A stretch of DNA of 64,000 bases from Camelus dromedarius (Eukaryota): the NCBI RefSeq assembly GCF_036321535.1, contig NC_087436.1, positions 75,518,001-75,582,000 on the forward strand, given 5' to 3'. Made by a program: the position numbers and the translations under genes. Shown in pieces: positions 22,564 through 35,927 of this stretch (positions within the stretch are counted from its first letter, which is position 1; the number at the start of each line of letters is the position of its first letter). A model generated the notes under the pieces. The model had not been told where the DNA came from and did not search any database. It saw only the letters and a list, made by a program, of their open reading frames with translations.

Positions 22564-25404
22564 AGTGATTTTATTTAATTTCATTCATTTCAGTGCTCAT
22601 CCTTTATCACACTATCCCTACTGCATATCCTAGAGGATTTTGATGTTTACATCGTAATTCAGGAGACGTCTACCTCAAAAATTGTTTTGACATGAAAAGC
22701 CAGGAATTTTTACATGATATGGAGATAGGGCTGCTGGCCCACTTTTTGTGTCATTAAAAAGAAAAAAGAAGTAGTAGTGTTCATCACCTGAAATTTAAAT
22801 AGAAAATAGAATGAACAAAAAAATGATCTGTTTTAATTGTTTTAGGTACAATTTTTACTGGAGTCAGGTTGACTGGAATTTACAACCATCTAAGGACACT
22901 TTTAGTGCTGGCACTTTTAGTGCTTAAGCAGCTCAGTTATGCTTTTTCAGAAATATACTCAGCCATCAACTGGAAAACCACTCTCTAAAAACATAGTATT
23001 ACGCGGAGAAATTATTCATAGGACTTTTTATTTCATATCTCTTCCATATATGCCCTGTAATGGAGTTAGTCTTCCTTGAAGGATCTTAGACTTCAAACCA
23101 GAACTTCTGCTGTGAAATCAGCTTCCATAGAATGACAGACCCTCATAAAAGTCACTGAAATAGTGTAGACAAATCAGCACAGAATTGAAGTTTCATGTGT
23201 GTGTTTTAAAGATGCAGATGCCTGTAGTTACAGACATAGAGAATTACAGAGAAAAAAGTGCTTAGAGAGGATGGCCACCCAACATATCCTTTTCCTCTGT
23301 GCCACACGGCCCCTAGCTAGCTCATTATCTACTTGGTTTTTACACATTTCCAATGAAGGCCATTCTGAAATCTGCCATGGAGATGTTCAGTGAGGCTCAT
23401 TTCTAAAATCTAGTGGGTGGCAAAGGGACTTTCTCCTGGAATTCTTGGCCAAACAACCTTTCAACTCATTTGTCCTCATTGCTTTCTTGTTTTCTGTAAT
23501 TCAATAATAACCTTTATTCACACTGAGTCAGGTTATCACATCGATTCTGTGACCAAATGGAATGAAATAAAGTAAGTTGTGTGCCCATAATGCATTTATT
23601 CATCTTCTCCCGGCTTTCAATTCCACAGTGATACGCTTTGATTTCCTATTTATCAGGGAGGTGTAAGAGGAAGAGCTAGGGATTTTAACAGTCTTGTAAA
23701 GTCTAATAGGAACATATTGGTATTATCATAAATACATTGAAGTATGTAGAAGTATGTTGCTTCCCCAAATCATGCTGGAAAGCCCTGTGTTGACAATATA
23801 ATTTAGCTGTTTTTTGAAATATTGCCACCTGACTTTCTAGTACATGCTGTTTCATTTTGTGTTAAACTTGCTTTAAATAATGAGATAATGTGTACCCTTC
23901 TTTTATAATAATATTTGTTCACCTATTCTATTTTGTTTCTTAAAGAGAGGAAGTGTTTTCTCAGTGATTCTGAAAATACTTGGGAAAAAATTCCTGTGAC
24001 TTGTGCGAACAGAGCTGTTAACAAGGCAATCTAAAAAAAAAAAAGGAAAGGAGGGGGAATTATTTTAGAACTTGGAGCTCTGATTCTGTTTTTCATAGAG
24101 GAATAAGTATTGTGAAACAGATATAGAGCTCTACGGCGTATCCTGGGATGATGATCAAAATATTCAGCAACCAGTAAGGTAGGGTGTACTACAGTGAGGC
24201 CCCATCCAAGTGGGTACTGGCCTTAGCTCAGGAGCAGGGTCCTGGAGGCTTCCTGGTACAGGTGTTAAACCTTTAGGTGCTGGGTTATGGATGAGGCAGG
24301 GTACTAGGGTGCAGCCAGGGCTGCAGGGAGCACCAGAGAGTTTAGGACAGCAGTCAGACACCAGCTGTATACCAGGAGTTTAACCAGTACTTCAACAACC
24401 AGTACTGCTGGAGCAGGACATCCTAGCTTATGTCAGCCCCACATAAATCCCAGGTTGAAATTTATGTTTCTGTGGAGGGTTGGTGGAAATGGAGACCTCA
24501 GTGATGGAAAATCCCATCTGGTTCTTCTAAGCTGCTGGTCTCTAAGTCCTCTGGGTATTTGATGGAAGGGTCAGAGGAAGGGAAGAGGAGGCTGAGAGTG
24601 GTGCCTCTGTAGTCAGTGGAGCTTGTGCATTGGACAGAAGGTGGCCTGAAATGCATGGGGTCATCCACATGGGTACGAACCAGGTCATTGTCTTGCTCAT
24701 GGTTGTTTCCCCAGCACCTAGACCTACCTGAGGCTCAGTAACAAATGAAGGAATGAATGAATGGAGGTGAATGACTGGCTATTTCAAATGGTAGGTGTTA
24801 TGATTATTCAAGTGTGGTGAAGCCAACAGATCAGGAGACAGTTGCCATTGGAAAGGTAGTTTGTTACTCTTGCTTGTGCGTCTGTGGATGCAGCTAATTT
24901 GAGAAGCTCAAAATGTTCGACAGTTCTCACCTGTGTATGTCCGGTCTCCATCAGAGAGTGGGCACCATATAAACCTTTGTGGAATCAATAAATAGGGCTT
25001 CTATCACCTTTCTCTTTAACCTAAGCAGCCTGATCAGCAGCGCATCAACCGTGAGGGGGGGGGGGGCTCTCTTGAGGGAAAGAGACCTGTTTTATGGCTT
25101 CCTGTTCTTTATTTGACATTCTCCAAGAATGGGAACATGGGAAGAAAGAAATGGATGATTCTGCAAAGGATTATTTCTGTTTTGCAGGATTTATGCCTTA
25201 CTTAATCTGGGTTCTGCAGACGCCTGCTGTGTAGGACATGTCCTTGAGGGAGAAGTATGTGAGATGTGTGCCCTGGCCTTGGGAAAACTGAGCAAATGTG
25301 CAGAACTTACGCCCATGCGGGAGTGTCCACGGGAGAGATGGAGCTACTGCAGTTGTTGAATGGTGGCTTTCCTGATTGTGCCCTCTGCTTTCTCTTTCTT
25401 CCAG

Positions 25405-25545
25405 AGTGCCACCAATCCTGTTTGGGGTGTGTAGGGAAGAGCTCCCATAACTGCACAGCCTGCAGGTCTTCCCATGTGCTGTTGGATGGGCAGTGCCTCC
25501 CCCAGTGCCCAGATGGATACTTTAACCAGGAAGGCAGTTGTACAG
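25405..25545 (+). CDS. FRAS1: FRAS1 exon, furin-like repeat (E)CHQSCLGCVGKSSHNCTACRSSHVLLDGQCLPQCPDGYFNQEGSCT
   Basis: ctttcttccag|AG acceptor, ACAG|gtgagt donor, 141 bp. Confidence 0.96.
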
Positions 25546-27846
25546 GTGAGTGTGTAACACGCCAGCGCACATGCCCTGTGCCCGTGTTTTGTCTTCATTA
25601 TGCAGCCAGCCTCCGTAATTAGAAACCCTGTCATACCAGGGGTCTAGGGCTGGGCTGTAAATCCTTGTCTTGAACTTGTAGAAGTAAAGGGACAGAGTGA
25701 GGGAGCAAGTGAAATTCTGTTCTTCCGATAGGGCAGTATGGATGAAGTGAAAAGTTAGAATCGGCTTGAACTACGTGTACAGCGCGGGGCGGATTTGACG
25801 GTGATCATCACGCAGCTGAGCTACTACAGGGTCTAGTGTATTTGTGAAGGATCAGGCATCTGGCGTGGCCTCTGCCATTCTCAGCCCCACTTCCCCTGGG
25901 TACAGCCCAATAGGGCAAAAGGAGAGAGAGGTATTTCTTCCTTTCCTTGACATGTCAGTCCAATATGTTTTTAAGAGCACCTTTGTAGTTCAGTGACAGA
26001 GATTCTAGAAATTACTAGTTCAGATTAGTACAGGGTTTTATTGGAATTGACAAAAGACTAAAATTTGAGCACGTCATTGTAGCACTGTGTTTTCTCATAT
26101 CTACAGAAAAAAAGGAAAAGACAAAACACAGTCTATCATGATCACGGTTTTGTTTCTAAAAACAGACTGTTGAGGCCAGCTTATAGGAAGAAGCCCATTG
26201 TTAAGAAATGGTTTGACATGTATTTCTGGACTTGGAAAACATGTCATAAATGTAGAAACTATTTTTGAAATGAATGAAGACTTGTTAGATTCATCTAGCC
26301 TCAAACTCCAAAGAGGGAATTTAACGTGAACACAAATTTGGGCAATGGAATAGCAATATTATATTTTTCCTGGAATTTTCTTCTTCCAAGTGGCCTTTTA
26401 ATCTCTGTAGGCGCCTCATGGGTTGCTTTACTTGAAACACTCACTCAAGCTCAGTGGGGAGCATTCCTGGTTTCTCTGTCACTGGGGTTGTCCTCGAAAA
26501 CAGGGCTCTGTCGTATGTGCTCTCACCCTCCCCCAGTTGGTTTTTGTGTATGGAAAACTGTTTCAGGGAGAAAAGTCTGAGTAAGCTCTGACGCTCCTCT
26601 GTCCATGCCTCTACCTGCGTGAAGCCAGCAGATGGGTACCTCAAGCGGCAGGGCGCCAAGGTCACTGGAAATATTCTGGCAGGGAGGAAAGCACTGGGCG
26701 GTGGGACCATCCTGAGGATTCCAGTATCTTTTGGACAGGCGTTTGCAAAGTTAAGAGCCTCAGGAATGTAGGAGGGGTTCATGCTAGCCTTCTAATCAGT
26801 TCACTTTCTTGCTCGCTTTTTTTTTTTTTTTTAATATAACGCCTTATCTTATCTTGGCCTCCTGCCAGCAGAAGTGAGAAGCAGTTGACTTTACTCGAAA
26901 TCCTGCCTTTCCTTCCCACCAGCTCTGTGCCAGAAGGGAATTCTTTGTCATCAGTTCTTGCCAGCAAGCTCTACCCAGCTCTGGTCCCTCCCTTCCCCTC
27001 CTCTTGGAATCAGACATGCTTAGACCTCGTCATCCTTGGCAGAGAAATCCTTAAATCTCCTTCCCTGCTCCTGCCTCTGCCTCCTGCCTGGCGGCACAAG
27101 TGTAGCTGCAGCCATAGCCTCCCGTTCCTCTCTGCCGTCCACCCTTGTCTTTCTCACCTGCCCCCACTGTGACTCACGGCTCATTTCAATGTAGGACCTC
27201 TGAGTAATTTGGTCGTTTTTCTGGGGGAAAACATAGCTTGGATGCAGTGTTGTCTAAGGAATTGAATTTCAAACACAGCTCCTGATAACCTCCAGAAGGA
27301 GGGCTTTTTCAGTTCTTTGTATTTTAATTAAGTGTCGCTGCTAAAACCAGCATCCAAGTTGTGGCCTCAGGGGGAGCCCTGCTGGCATCTGACTCTAGCG
27401 AGAAGTTTCCATTTCCTCTGCTGCGTCCGGTTCCCCCTGGGCCTGCCAGGAATTTCTTAGAAGCAAAGCACCTCCCCCCTCTCCCTGTCCCGCTCTTGGA
27501 ATCACAGTATTTTATAGGGAGAGCCCTACCAAGTGCTCTTCTGCTCTGTGACTTTGATGTGAACTTCCTTACTTGCATAGATGGGGATGGTCAGGCCTTG
27601 CAGTCGGTTCCTCTAATTCTGATGCTTCTAGCTTCTGTGTTCTGTTCCCGGACCGTGTTTTCACTAACATCAGAGAGGCCGTCCTGCAATCAGGCCTAAG
27701 GCTATGTCGGGCTCACTCAGGAGTCTTTAAAAGATGATGAGCGTTTGAAGTCTGCTCTTAAAGTAATTTGTGGAGTCCATGAAACACTTCATGTATTTAC
27801 ATGCTGAGCTGCTAATTCTAATCTTGGTTCTCATTTTGCCCCCCAG

Positions 27847-27990
27847 AATGCTACCCAACCTGCAGGCAGTGCCACGGCCCGTCGGGATCTGACTGCATCT
27901 CCTGTCACCCTCACGGCACTCTGGCCGGCGGGAGCTGCAGGACCAGCTGTCAGGAGGAGCAGTTCCTCAACCTCGTGGGCTACTGTGCCG
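27847..27990 (+). CDS. FRAS1: FRAS1 exon, furin-like repeat (E)CYPTCRQCHGPSGSDCISCHPHGTLAGGSCRTSCQEEQFLNLVGYCA
   Basis: Translated by hand (absent from ORF track); ttttgccccccag|AA acceptor, GCCG|gtgagt donor, 144 bp. Confidence 0.96.
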
Positions 27991-30579
27991 GTGAGTGTGA
28001 CTCCTTCTCAGTCTCAGGAATCAACCGCCATTCGCTCACGTTCTTCTTGCCCAGCCTCTGAGGGCTCCTGTGCTTGTCCTTGGTCATCAGATTAGGAGCT
28101 CTCTTGTGGGAGTCATTGGTCTCCTGCCTGGAAATTCGCTTCACTGCTTCCTATCAGATATTTAGTAAATATGTGTGGTTTCAAGTAGAATCTTCTAATA
28201 ACACTCTTGCAATTCCTGAAAAAACTTAGAACCTCATATTAGTGGAGATTAAAGTCGTGATAATAGTGCCTTCTGGGCCTGTGGTGTCCTTCAGCTGAAG
28301 ACAACAAGAAGTATTTTCAAAAGAGTCACTCTGAAGACTGTCTCCTGCGGTGGAGAGCCTTTGTCATCACTACCAGGCACAAACGTCTAGGGAGACTTAC
28401 CGAGAAGTAAATCAGTGGCTTCAGGAGATGGGTTTTTTCCTCCTCAGTTTAGAACTCAGATCTCAAAAAGAAATGAATTAGAAAAACAGCCTGGAATTTG
28501 GAAGATGATGAAGGAGCCATGCAGTGTTTGTCTTCAGCCATCTATTCATGCAACAGGTATCTTTGAGTGTCTCCTAATGGTCAGATGCTCATAATACCAA
28601 AAAAAAAAAATATAGTGACAAATAAAACAATGACTCTGTCCTTAAAAAGCTTACAGTCTGGAGAGAGGAGCTGACAGTTTAGTGGGTTATTATATACCCC
28701 TACCCACTTCTCCAAATTGTAGGAGAAACTTGAAGAGCTTTGCCTGGAGAAGCTGTTGTCATAGCACTGAAGGGCTTGACCGGGAGGCAAGAGGGAGAGC
28801 TGGGAATCTGGCTGGATCTGGTTGGATGCATGCTGGAGGGATGACCTGGCTGTAGGGAGGAGGTGTGGCCAGTTGTCTAGATCATAGTATCCAGCAGGCA
28901 CATGCCATCCGGGCCAGCACTGCTGTCTCAGCCATCCAGTTTGGTGGGTGTGGGCACAGCAAGCCAATGGTAGCACTTCAGGTGTAGCTGGGGCACCATG
29001 GTCTGGGTGATCCATTCTTTTCGCACATGACCTTAGCTGGAGACTAGACAGTGGGGTCCAAGGTCTATACCCTAGGAAGCTAAACTGTCGAGAGCAGGGC
29101 TGCAGCTAAAAAATGCTGGGATTCAGGGCAAAACCAAATCATAGAGACCGCAAAGCATTTTAGGAACAATGGAAAGTAGAAGCTTGGAGAGTCCAGACTA
29201 ATGAGATACCCGACAGCTGTAGGGTGTGAGCCGATCGCTAGTCCCACCAGTTGTAGTCAGAACTGGCCGGGGAAGTGGGCAAATGGGAGGCATTAGCACC
29301 TACTCTTGAAGGGAAATCTGGCAGTGGCAGGGTCTGACTGGTGTAATAGTTGGTAAGCTTGAGCTCCGCTGCTCATTCTTACTTTAGGATACGAAGGAGC
29401 AGCTGCCGTGAAAACTAAGGTTCCTGACATGGTTAGAGCTCATTAGTGGATATATATTGAGAACCGACCGAGTACAGGTGCTGAGTTGCTGTTTGAAGGG
29501 GACATAGAGTTTCCTTCTACTTAAGGAGGTGAACCAAAGACACAAGTGCAGTTAACAAATAGTACAAAGCAAGTTATGGATAATAACACCAACAGTCAGC
29601 ATGGGCTGCAGGAGTTCAGAGAAGAGAGAAGTGAAAGGTGTGGAAAGTGTTGTGGAGGAGGTGGGACCTAAAGTTTTTCCTGAAGAATAGCTAGGATTCT
29701 GTTAGAGAGGTCAGGTGGATTCTACCAGGAGACAGACCCAGGGGGAGAACACGTGGGCCATTCATGGCTAGTGAGAGTGGTCCAAGGGCATGGTTTGGCT
29801 GAAGGGCATGGTTTGAATTAAGGCATATTAGATGAAATGGTTGGAATCAGGGTAAAGGGAACCCAAAGTTCTGGGTCAAAAACTCTGGACTGAATCTTGT
29901 GGCCAATAGGGCCATGAGAGTTTTGGGGAGGACTGTGATTGACTAAGACTATGTCACAGGCAGGAAATCTGCAAGCTGCGTGGAAGATGGATTGGAGTCA
30001 GGAGAGATTACAGTTAGAGGGGCATTAGAAAGTTGAACCTTCATAATGGCTTTTCTATTTCCAACCTATTCTGTAAGTGGACCCTAAAAATTTTATGCTG
30101 GGGCAGATTTTATAAATAAATGTTTATATAAGGAGATTGGAAAAATTTAATTTTTAATCAGCTCTGTTCTCTCCAATGTCCAGAGCCCTCTTTGATGGTA
30201 AATTAGGTGATTAGGAGTTGCATTAATTTTTAAGGCTTTTAAGAGATCACTGGAATAAAGTATCGTGGGACTAGGCTAATTGACTCTACAAGTCCCCAGT
30301 CCTAGAAGATCAAGTCTCACTAAAATAAGCTAGAAGGGACAAACGTTGGCTGTCCTGAGATTAGGTATATTAAATGAAGGCTTTAAGTAAGGTAACTCAT
30401 TGTCCGGTGCTTGGAAATCCTTCATTGACTGGAGAATGGTGTATCAATATTTGTTACAGAAAAATTTGGCCAATCATTTCAGTTGTTGATCTTTCAGAGA
30501 AGTGCACTGACCCAAAGTTTACTTTTTCAATAAATACATGCTCTTTCCAAACCCCTCCCAATTCTCTCTGTAGCACTGT

Positions 30580-31270
30580 AATGCATTCATTCATTTATGG
30601 CTTCATCAAACATTTATCAGGCACACACTTCATACTAGGCACTGTGCTAGTCTCTGGGAAGGCCCGGAGAAATAAGATACAGTGCTTGCATTCAAGAAAT
30701 GTATCATGCAGTAAAGGAAGGAGGTATGTGTTGGGTATGATATTGCTGTGGATATGAGATGAGCCTGTGGGACAGCACCCTAACCCAGGCTAGAACATAT
30801 ATGTGTGTGTGTTTAGTGGGTAGTGAAGGCTTTCTGGAACAGGTCGTAACTGGGATGATTTGGAAACACGGGGAAGAGTTAGAGGGGTTTGGAGATTTAG
30901 AGGCGAGAGCATTCCAGAAAACAAGCCAAAGAATATTTTCTGCTCAGGCACTGGCGAAGAGTTAAGTAGAAGGCAGCCCTAGTCTGGGAGTGCTGGGACC
31001 TGAAGCAGAAGGAAGAGGGGCAGGTCATGAAGGCCTTTGTATGCTCTGTTTAGGAGAGCAAGCTTTGTTATCCAGGCTGTAGGCATCTCTTAAAGGTTTT
31101 TAAAGAGAAAAGCATCATGATGACATTTCTGCGAAAAGATCTGTGGAAGACTGGGCAGAAGAAGACAAGACTGGGGGCAGAAAGACCTTTAGGAGGGGGT
31201 TGTCGGTGTCCAGATGAAAGATGAAGCCCTTTGATGAGGAAACTGCTGAGGGGATGCAGAGAGGGGGGCA
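30580..31270 (-). mobile_element. L2 3' part, continuing after the LTR at ~32050-32330
   Basis: cattcattcattt...aaacatttatcaggcac...ctaggcactgtgctag. Confidence 0.65.
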
Positions 31271-31303
31271 TGGCTTCACTAAGTATTCATTATGTATCAG
31301 ATT

Positions 31304-32048
31304 TGTTACCGAAACACAGGTCCAGCTGCTTGCTATTTGAAAGCCAATACAAAGAGAGGCACATGTGAGTAGAAAGGAAAGTTTGCTGTATTCTGCAGAC
31401 AAGCATCCAGGAGCGAAGGAAGCAGGGAGGAGGGGAACTCTTGTCCAAAGATCAATTCCCACCAGCTCCACCCTCAACCGCCGCCTCCCCCCGCACCAAT
31501 CAATGGGCATGGGCTTTTAAAGGGGAGTTTCAGGGTGTATAGACAGAAGGGGCAGCTACATGCAGATCAGCACAGTCAGCTCTGACAGTCATCTTGCACA
31601 TTAGTCATGCAGTGGTCTGGTCAGCATCATCTTGATTGTTTTAAGTACAGATAGCATCTTCAGTTTCAGGGTCAGTTTGTTCCCATTTCTATGAGGCCAG
31701 TTCTCGGAATTGTGGCAGCTTATGTCGTGGCTACGGTCTGGTCATCGTGTAGTTAACTTCTACCTGGTGGGGGTTTCTGTACCTACAGGACAGCTCAAAG
31801 GATCTGGCTCAGAGTATTATCTATAGCCCTTGAGGAGGAACTAAAGGTCCTTGACTTTGTTTAATGACTAAACTACTATTATTTGGTCTTGTTTGACTGC
31901 TTTCTTTTGCTTTTGCATTGTTTCCCTTCTAAACTTATTCTTTGACTAAAGTTTTTCTACAGACAACAGGCAGGTGGAGGCCATGGCAGGGCTGGAGGGT
32001 GGGGCAGGTCTATCCTGAGAAGGCCCCATCGAGTCCTGCTCCATTTCA
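31304..32048 (-). mobile_element. Solo ERV LTR (ERV1-like), 745 bp
   Basis: TG...CA termini (tgttacc...catttca), 4-bp near-TSD gatt/ggtt; interrupts L2-like sequence. Confidence 0.75.
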
Positions 32049-33294
32049 GGTTGACCCATGTGAGACTGCTATTTGGCAAGGGGAGGGGGAAATGAAATAG
32101 TGGTGATTTCTTATGGTTCAACCTAATAGAAGCAGCAGAAGTTGGTGATCTTGCCCTTTGGATAAGGGAGAGGGAGTTTCCAGGGATGATTTCTAGGTTT
32201 CTGGTCAGGTAAATTTGAGGAATGGGAGTACCACTTACCAAGGGCCAGAACAGGAACATGCTGTGTTGAGCTTGGGCTTCTTGGACCACTGGACACCCAG
32301 GGGTAGCTGTCCAGGAGGAGGTTGCAGGTCTAAGTGAACACAGCTTTCTGACTGTAGCCCCCGTGAGCTCATCTGCTGTTTTCATTGTACCCCGAACCTA
32401 AAGTCCTGGAGCTCTATTTTTAGCTGAAGTGTTGCCTTAGTCAGGTCATAAGTTAACCTTGTGTAACTTTTATCTAAACTTAGGAAGGCTCTAGGAGGAG
32501 CCCTGGAGATAGTCAAAGCAGAAGATAATCCACCCCATGCAGTGCCATCAGTAGAGTGTATTTCCATCGTCCTTGGGACGTCCTAGCACAGTGGGAGCCC
32601 TGGAGAAGCATCCTCTCTGCTCCATCTTTCATGTGTGAGCTTTGCAGGGTGGTAGGATTTACTCACAGGATTTATTCTCTACCTGAGCTACACCTAAGAT
32701 CATCATCAGAGACCTCTTAATTACACTTAGCTGTTTAAGAAAGAAAATTACATCTAATCAATCACACAGACAAGCATAAACTCTTCCTGGGAACAGGTCC
32801 AATAACCTCAATGTGTTATCACATATGGAGATGTCATATGTGTGGGGTTCTTTCCTTCAAGCCTATCAAAGCAAATATACAGTTTGTGAGATTTTGATCA
32901 GAGCTGAAGGCTTTCAACAGAAATAAATGAACTGGGGTGAGAGGTGACAGTGGATAAGATTGCAACAGACATGGTTAAGTCCATGGAAAGCCAGATTTTT
33001 TCTTCATATTTTTTTGTTCTTTATATTTTGCCCACATCTCAACAAAGTGATCCCCAAATTTCAAAGCCTGGGGTGCATCTTCCATTCATCTTTCTCCCCT
33101 AAAACCTTTTTCCTGTTCATAGAAGAGGGTGAGAATTAAAAAGAAAAGGAGAAATATCCAAATGCAAATTCATTTAAAAAAAAAAAAAAGCCTTGGGCTT
33201 TGTGGAATGGCCAATGGGAAGGCAGTACTTTTTAGTTTTTATGTAGAAAAAGGAAATAATACTGAGAGTGATGTTGTAGAGGGGAGGGCTGCAA

Positions 33295-33570
33295 GTTTTT
33301 ATTTATTTTTGATTGAAGTATAGTTGATGTACAATATTGTGTTCATTTCAGGTGTACAGCAAACTGATTTGTTTCATAGATGTGTTTTTTATTCTTTTCC
33401 ATTATAGTTTATTATAAGATATTGAATATAGTTCCCTGTGCTATGCAGTAAATCCTTGTTGTTTATCGATTTCATATATAGTAGAATGTATCTGTTAATC
33501 CCATACTCCCAGTTTATCTCATTCCCCCTTCCCCTTTGGTAACCATAAGTTTGTTTTCTATGTCTGTGAA
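33295..33570 (-). mobile_element. Short L1 3' end (cetartiodactyl-type)
   Basis: ttttttgattgaagtatagttgatgtacaat...tatgtctgtga; imperfect TSD g(g/a)ctgcaa at 33287 and 33571. Confidence 0.8.
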
Positions 33571-33726
33571 GACTGCAAAATTTTAAACAGCTGATTTGTT
33601 AGGATGGTAGAATTCTTCTAGGGGATTAAAATTTGTTTATGCAGTAATTTTTAAAATGCTGGTTTGTTTTTGGAAATCTTTGCCAGAATGTAAGCAAAAT
33701 AAGTATCAGTAAAGAAATATTAGTCT

Positions 33727-34029
33727 GAGCATTTTCATATTGTATTCCATAGTCCTCGAGTTCTGAGCAATGGTTAGTAGGTGTTATATGCAAAGAAGTC
33801 TCCTGGCAGAATAAATTTGAGAAACTCTCAGTTAAATAAAGCAGAGCAGCTTCCTTTATTGCAGGATTTCTCAAAACCATAAATAAGCAGATGTGCATTA
33901 TGAATCTCTGAGATGAAGGAGGCTGGACATCATGTCTCAAACATTTCATTGCAGACCCCTCCCTTTGGTTTATTATAGCCTCTCACAGAGCTCACCAGTG
34001 CTTTACAGAACAATCTTTGGGAAGCCCTG
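33727..34029. mobile_element. MER103C-like hAT-Charlie element
   Basis: ttcctttattgcaggatttctc...gtgcattatgaatctc...tttgggaagccctg collinear with recalled consensus. Confidence 0.6.
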
Positions 34030-34114
34030 AACTGATGTTAGTATGTTGGACAATTTGTTGGCACTCCGTAAAGGTAAAATGAAATGATCAACCTATATTC
34101 AGATTGTGGACTTC

Positions 34115-34210
34115 CTTCCTTCCACCCCTCGGTGCCTTTCTCCCTTCCTTCCACCCCTTGGTGCCTTTCTCCCTTCCTTCCACCCCTTGGTGCCTTTCTC
34201 CATTCCTTCC
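34115..34210. repeat. 29-bp minisatellite, ~3.3 copies of CTTCCTTCCACCCCTTGGTGCCTTTCTCC
   Basis: Units at 34115, 34144, 34173; a single mismatch among the three full units. Confidence 0.92.
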
Positions 34211-35009
34211 TATTTTCCTTCCTTCTTTTCTCTGTGGGCAAGCAGGCGGGGCACTGAGAAGGCTCAGGTTTGCCACTCTTCTGTCTACTAAAGAGCATCA
34301 AAGAGCAATTATAATTACCCTCTCATGTTGGGTCTCAGAAGTGTCTGCTCTCTGAACCTGAGTTGAATAGTGAGAAAACCTGTTCATATTTTTTTCTTTG
34401 AAAGCATTAAAAAAACAAAGTAAAATCTTTTGAGTCCCTTCCACCGTTTCCCCCATTTATTGTCAATCATTTCTGAAAGAGGACCCTAAAAAAGGTGGTG
34501 AAAAAGTTGAAATGCACAGATTAAAAGAGCAAAAAATCCTTGTTTTGGAATAAGCTGATAAAACCGCAACAGTGAGTAATAAGAAAAACCAGTTCCAAAT
34601 GAGCATCATTAAGGGCTGGGTAGGAGCCCTGTATGAGCTGGTGTACCAGCTCTTTCTCGGGATACTGTGACTTGAAGCTGGAAAGGTGGGAGCCAGTTGT
34701 TTTAGAGCAGCTTCTACGCATGGGGACGGTGGGTGGGCACTGCCCTACATCTTGCTGCAGCTGCTCCAGAAGCTATAAGCTGAGAGAACGAAAGAAGCAC
34801 ACCCTAAAACGTGTAGCAGTTGCTACCTTATTTTCATCATCAAAATCCCACCCATTCATCCCTTGTAGCCCTGTTCAGATTCCTTCCCTTCTAGGACCAG
34901 CTTCCTCTTGGCATCTCCTGCGGTGTAATTCCTAGGTATGCTGATTGTTTCTACCAGTTACCTAGCACTTGGCATTGACACGTTCTCTGTGAGTGATCTT
35001 TTCTTGGTG

Positions 35010-35260
35010 TCTAATAATAGGTGACTGTTCCGAGGGCTTATTATGGGACAGGCACTGTGCTAATTGCTTTGAATGCATTTTGCCATTTAACATTAGCAAT
35101 AATCCTCCAGGGTAGGTACTAACGTGATCTCCATTTTACAAATAAAGAATCTGAACCACAGAAAGGTTGAATCATTTGCTCAAAATGACAAAAGTTGGAA
35201 GATAGAGCCAAGATTGGAACCTAGAGAGTGTGATTCCAGAATCCACATACTTAACCATTT
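35010..35260 (-). mobile_element. MIR SINE
   Basis: ggcactgtgctaa...ctccattttacaaataaagaatctga...tttgctcaa. Confidence 0.8.
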
Positions 35261-35602
35261 TGTCATACTCTACGATGCCAAATACAGTTGATTACAACAA
35301 TAGGGACTCAAGAACAGTTTTCTGATTGTAGATTAAAAGGTGGATCGTCAGGGACTGGTATGACAGGATGTCTTGGAGAAGCACTGCTGGGGAAAGTTGA
35401 AAGAACTTGCTGGTCTGTTCTAAGGAAGCTGTTTTAGACTACCATGTAGTTTTATTGTGTATATGCTTATTAAATGAATAAACTTTAAACAAAAACATTA
35501 ACACATACTAAATTTTAATAATTTATATCACTCTGCATATACTTTAATCTTTTCAGTGGATACATACCTGCATTTTTCATAGCTATAATCAGTAGCTACG
35601 TA

Positions 35603-35927
35603 CAGGTACACCTCAGAGATGTTGTGGGTTCGGTTTCAGACCAGTGCAATAAAGTTATCATCACAGTAAAGCAAGTCACACTAATTTTTTTGATTTCTCA
35701 GTGCACATAAAAATTATGCTAACACTATATTGTAGTCTATTAAGTGCACAATAGCTTTATGTCTTAAAAAACAATGTACATACCTTAATTTAAAATACTT
35801 TATTGCTAAAAAAAATTCTAACCATCATTGATAACATAGGGTTGCCACAAACCTGCAATGTGTAAAAAGACTGCAATTATCTGCAAAGCACAATTAAGCA
35901 AGAGTGCAGTAAAATGATGTACACCTA
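35603..35927 (-). mobile_element. Internally deleted Tigger1-type MITE (TcMar)
   Basis: TA on both flanks; ends caggtacacctc... and ...gatgtacaccta resemble the Tigger1 TIR CAGGCATACCTC; subterminal Tigger1 text at both ends. Confidence 0.8.

Noticed and set aside
34115..34210. 29-bp repeats as a CRISPR array
   Set aside because: Head-to-tail with no spacers; eukaryotic intron
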